A program made the translations under genes and the position numbers. DNA of 63,932 nt, the filler included, from Chiloscyllium plagiosum (lineage: Eukaryota), in the NCBI RefSeq assembly GCF_004010195.1. It is 5 parts of one record of this genome, joined end to end, with 100 filler letters (N's around TTAATTAATTAA, not from the genome) between each part and the next. Parts side by side here need not be neighbours in the genome. Positions count along the whole stretch, not along the records: positions 59,947 to 63,932 come from NC_057711.1; 4 more parts are not named here. One strand, written 5' to 3'. Of the stretch, positions 62,687-63,932 are shown one piece after another; positions within the stretch are counted from its first letter, which is position 1, and each line of letters opens with the position of its first letter. Under the pieces are notes generated by a model that worked only from the letters and a program-made list of their open reading frames with translations, had not been told where the DNA came from and ran no database searches.

Positions 62687-62908
62687 TTGGCCTGGGTTAG
62701 AGGAATACAGGCAGCACCTCTCCAACCACGACAACGGCTGGAGATCCTAAAGATTGTACTTCCACCTGATCCTGACAGAAGCATCGCAGGCAACTCTAAT
62801 AAAGCTGGACCAAATAATCTGTAACGCCACCAAAGAATTCCTACACCTACCACATCATACCGCGACGGAGTGCTATACGCTAGCAACAGGAACGGCGGTC
62901 TAGGCGTC
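62687..62908 (+). mobile_element. R2-like (RLE-clade) non-LTR retrotransposon RT thumb fragment with two frameshifts
   Basis: LAWVRGIQAAPLQPRQRLEILK / RLYFHLILTEASQATLIKLDQIICNATKEFLHLPHHT / DGVLYASNRNGGLGV matches the R2 pattern W..I..APLKP.Q...IL...R.....LD..I..A.K..LHLP..T.D..LY....GGLG. Confidence 0.75.
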
Positions 62909-63932
62909 GACTAATAATTTAAACTGCATTTTTTTCAATGCAAGGGGCCTAACAGGGAAGGCAGATGAACTCAGAGCATGTTTAGGAACATGGGACTGGG
63001 ATATCATAGCAATTACAGAAACATGGCTCAGGGATGGGCAGGACTGGCTGCTGAATGTTCCAGGATACAAATGTTACAGGAAGGATAGAAAGGGAGGCAA
63101 GAGAGGAGGGGGAGTGGCATTTTTGATAAGGAATAGCATTACAGCTGTGCGAAGTGAGGATATTCCCGGAAATACATCCAGGGAAGTTATTTGGGTGGAA
63201 CTGAGAAATAAGAAAGGGATGATCACCTTATTGGGATTGTATCATAGACCCCCCAATAGTTTGAGGGAAATTGAGAAACAAACTTGTAAGGAGATCTCAG
63301 CTATCTGTAAGAATAATTGGGTAGTTATGGGAGGGGATTTTAACTTTCCAAACATCGACTGGGACCGCCATAGTGTTAAAGGTGTAGATGGAGAGGAATT
63401 TCTTGAGTGTGTACAAGACAATTTTCTGATTCAGTATGTGGATGTACCTACTAGAGAAGGTGCAAAACTTGACCTACTCTTGAGAAATAAGGCAGAGCAG
63501 GTGACTGAGGTGTCAGTGGGGGAGCACTTAGGGGCTAGCGACCATAATTCTATTCGTTTTAAAATCGTGATGGAAAAATAGAGACCAGATCTAAAAGTTG
63601 AAGTTCTAAATTGGAGAAAGACCAATTTTTATGGTATTAGACAAAAACTTTCAAAAACTAATTGGAGGCAGATGTTCGCAGGTAAAGGGATGGCTGGAAA
63701 ATGGGAAGGCTTCAGAAATGAGATAACAAGAATCCAGAGAAAGTATATTCCTGTCAGGGTGAAAGGGAAGGCTGGTAGGTATAGGGAATGCTGGATGACT
63801 AAAGAAATTGAAGGTTTGGTTAAGAAAAAGAAGGAAGCATAAGTCAGGTATAGACAGGATAGATCGAGTGAATCATTAGAAGAGTAGAAAGAAAGTAGGA
63901 GTATACTTAAGAGGGAAATCAGGAGAGCAAAA
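62909..63932 (+). mobile_element. CR1 LINE ORF2 APE endonuclease region, disrupted, running off the window
   Basis: LNCIFFNARGL, IAITETWL, GGGVA, YHRPPNS, GDFNFPNIDW, PTREGAKLDLLL, SDHN. Confidence 0.93.

Overview
Vertebrate nuclear DNA, most likely from a shark (inferred from HE1-type V-SINEs and HER1/CR1-type LINEs). About half is transposon debris: many CR1 LINE pieces (some young), L2, Rex1/Babar, RTE, a Gypsy gag remnant, probable solo LTRs, several tRNA-derived SINE families and numerous Penelope-like elements (PLEs). Four 100-nt artificial gap spacers (N-run, TTAATTAATTAA, N-run) all fall inside young repeats. I recognise no intact host protein-coding exon. The one clear host-gene signal is a CpG island at about 21.4-23.7 kb with a probable first exon (donor GAG|GTAAG at 22175/22176), followed by a repeat-poor stretch and a long presumed intron; the gene cannot be named. 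Two signals stand out. First, minimal hammerhead ribozyme motifs (CUGAUGA-stem II-GAAA-NN-UH) sit in the termini of at least two, probably three, PLE families, and these termini recur about ten times as short stand-alone fold-back modules, some with a hammerhead on each strand and one with a probable target-site duplication. Second, an R2-like reverse-transcriptase fragment lies outside rDNA, fused directly to the 5' end of a CR1 ORF2. All coordinates and alignments were done by eye and are approximate; family names come from recalled motifs, not database searches.
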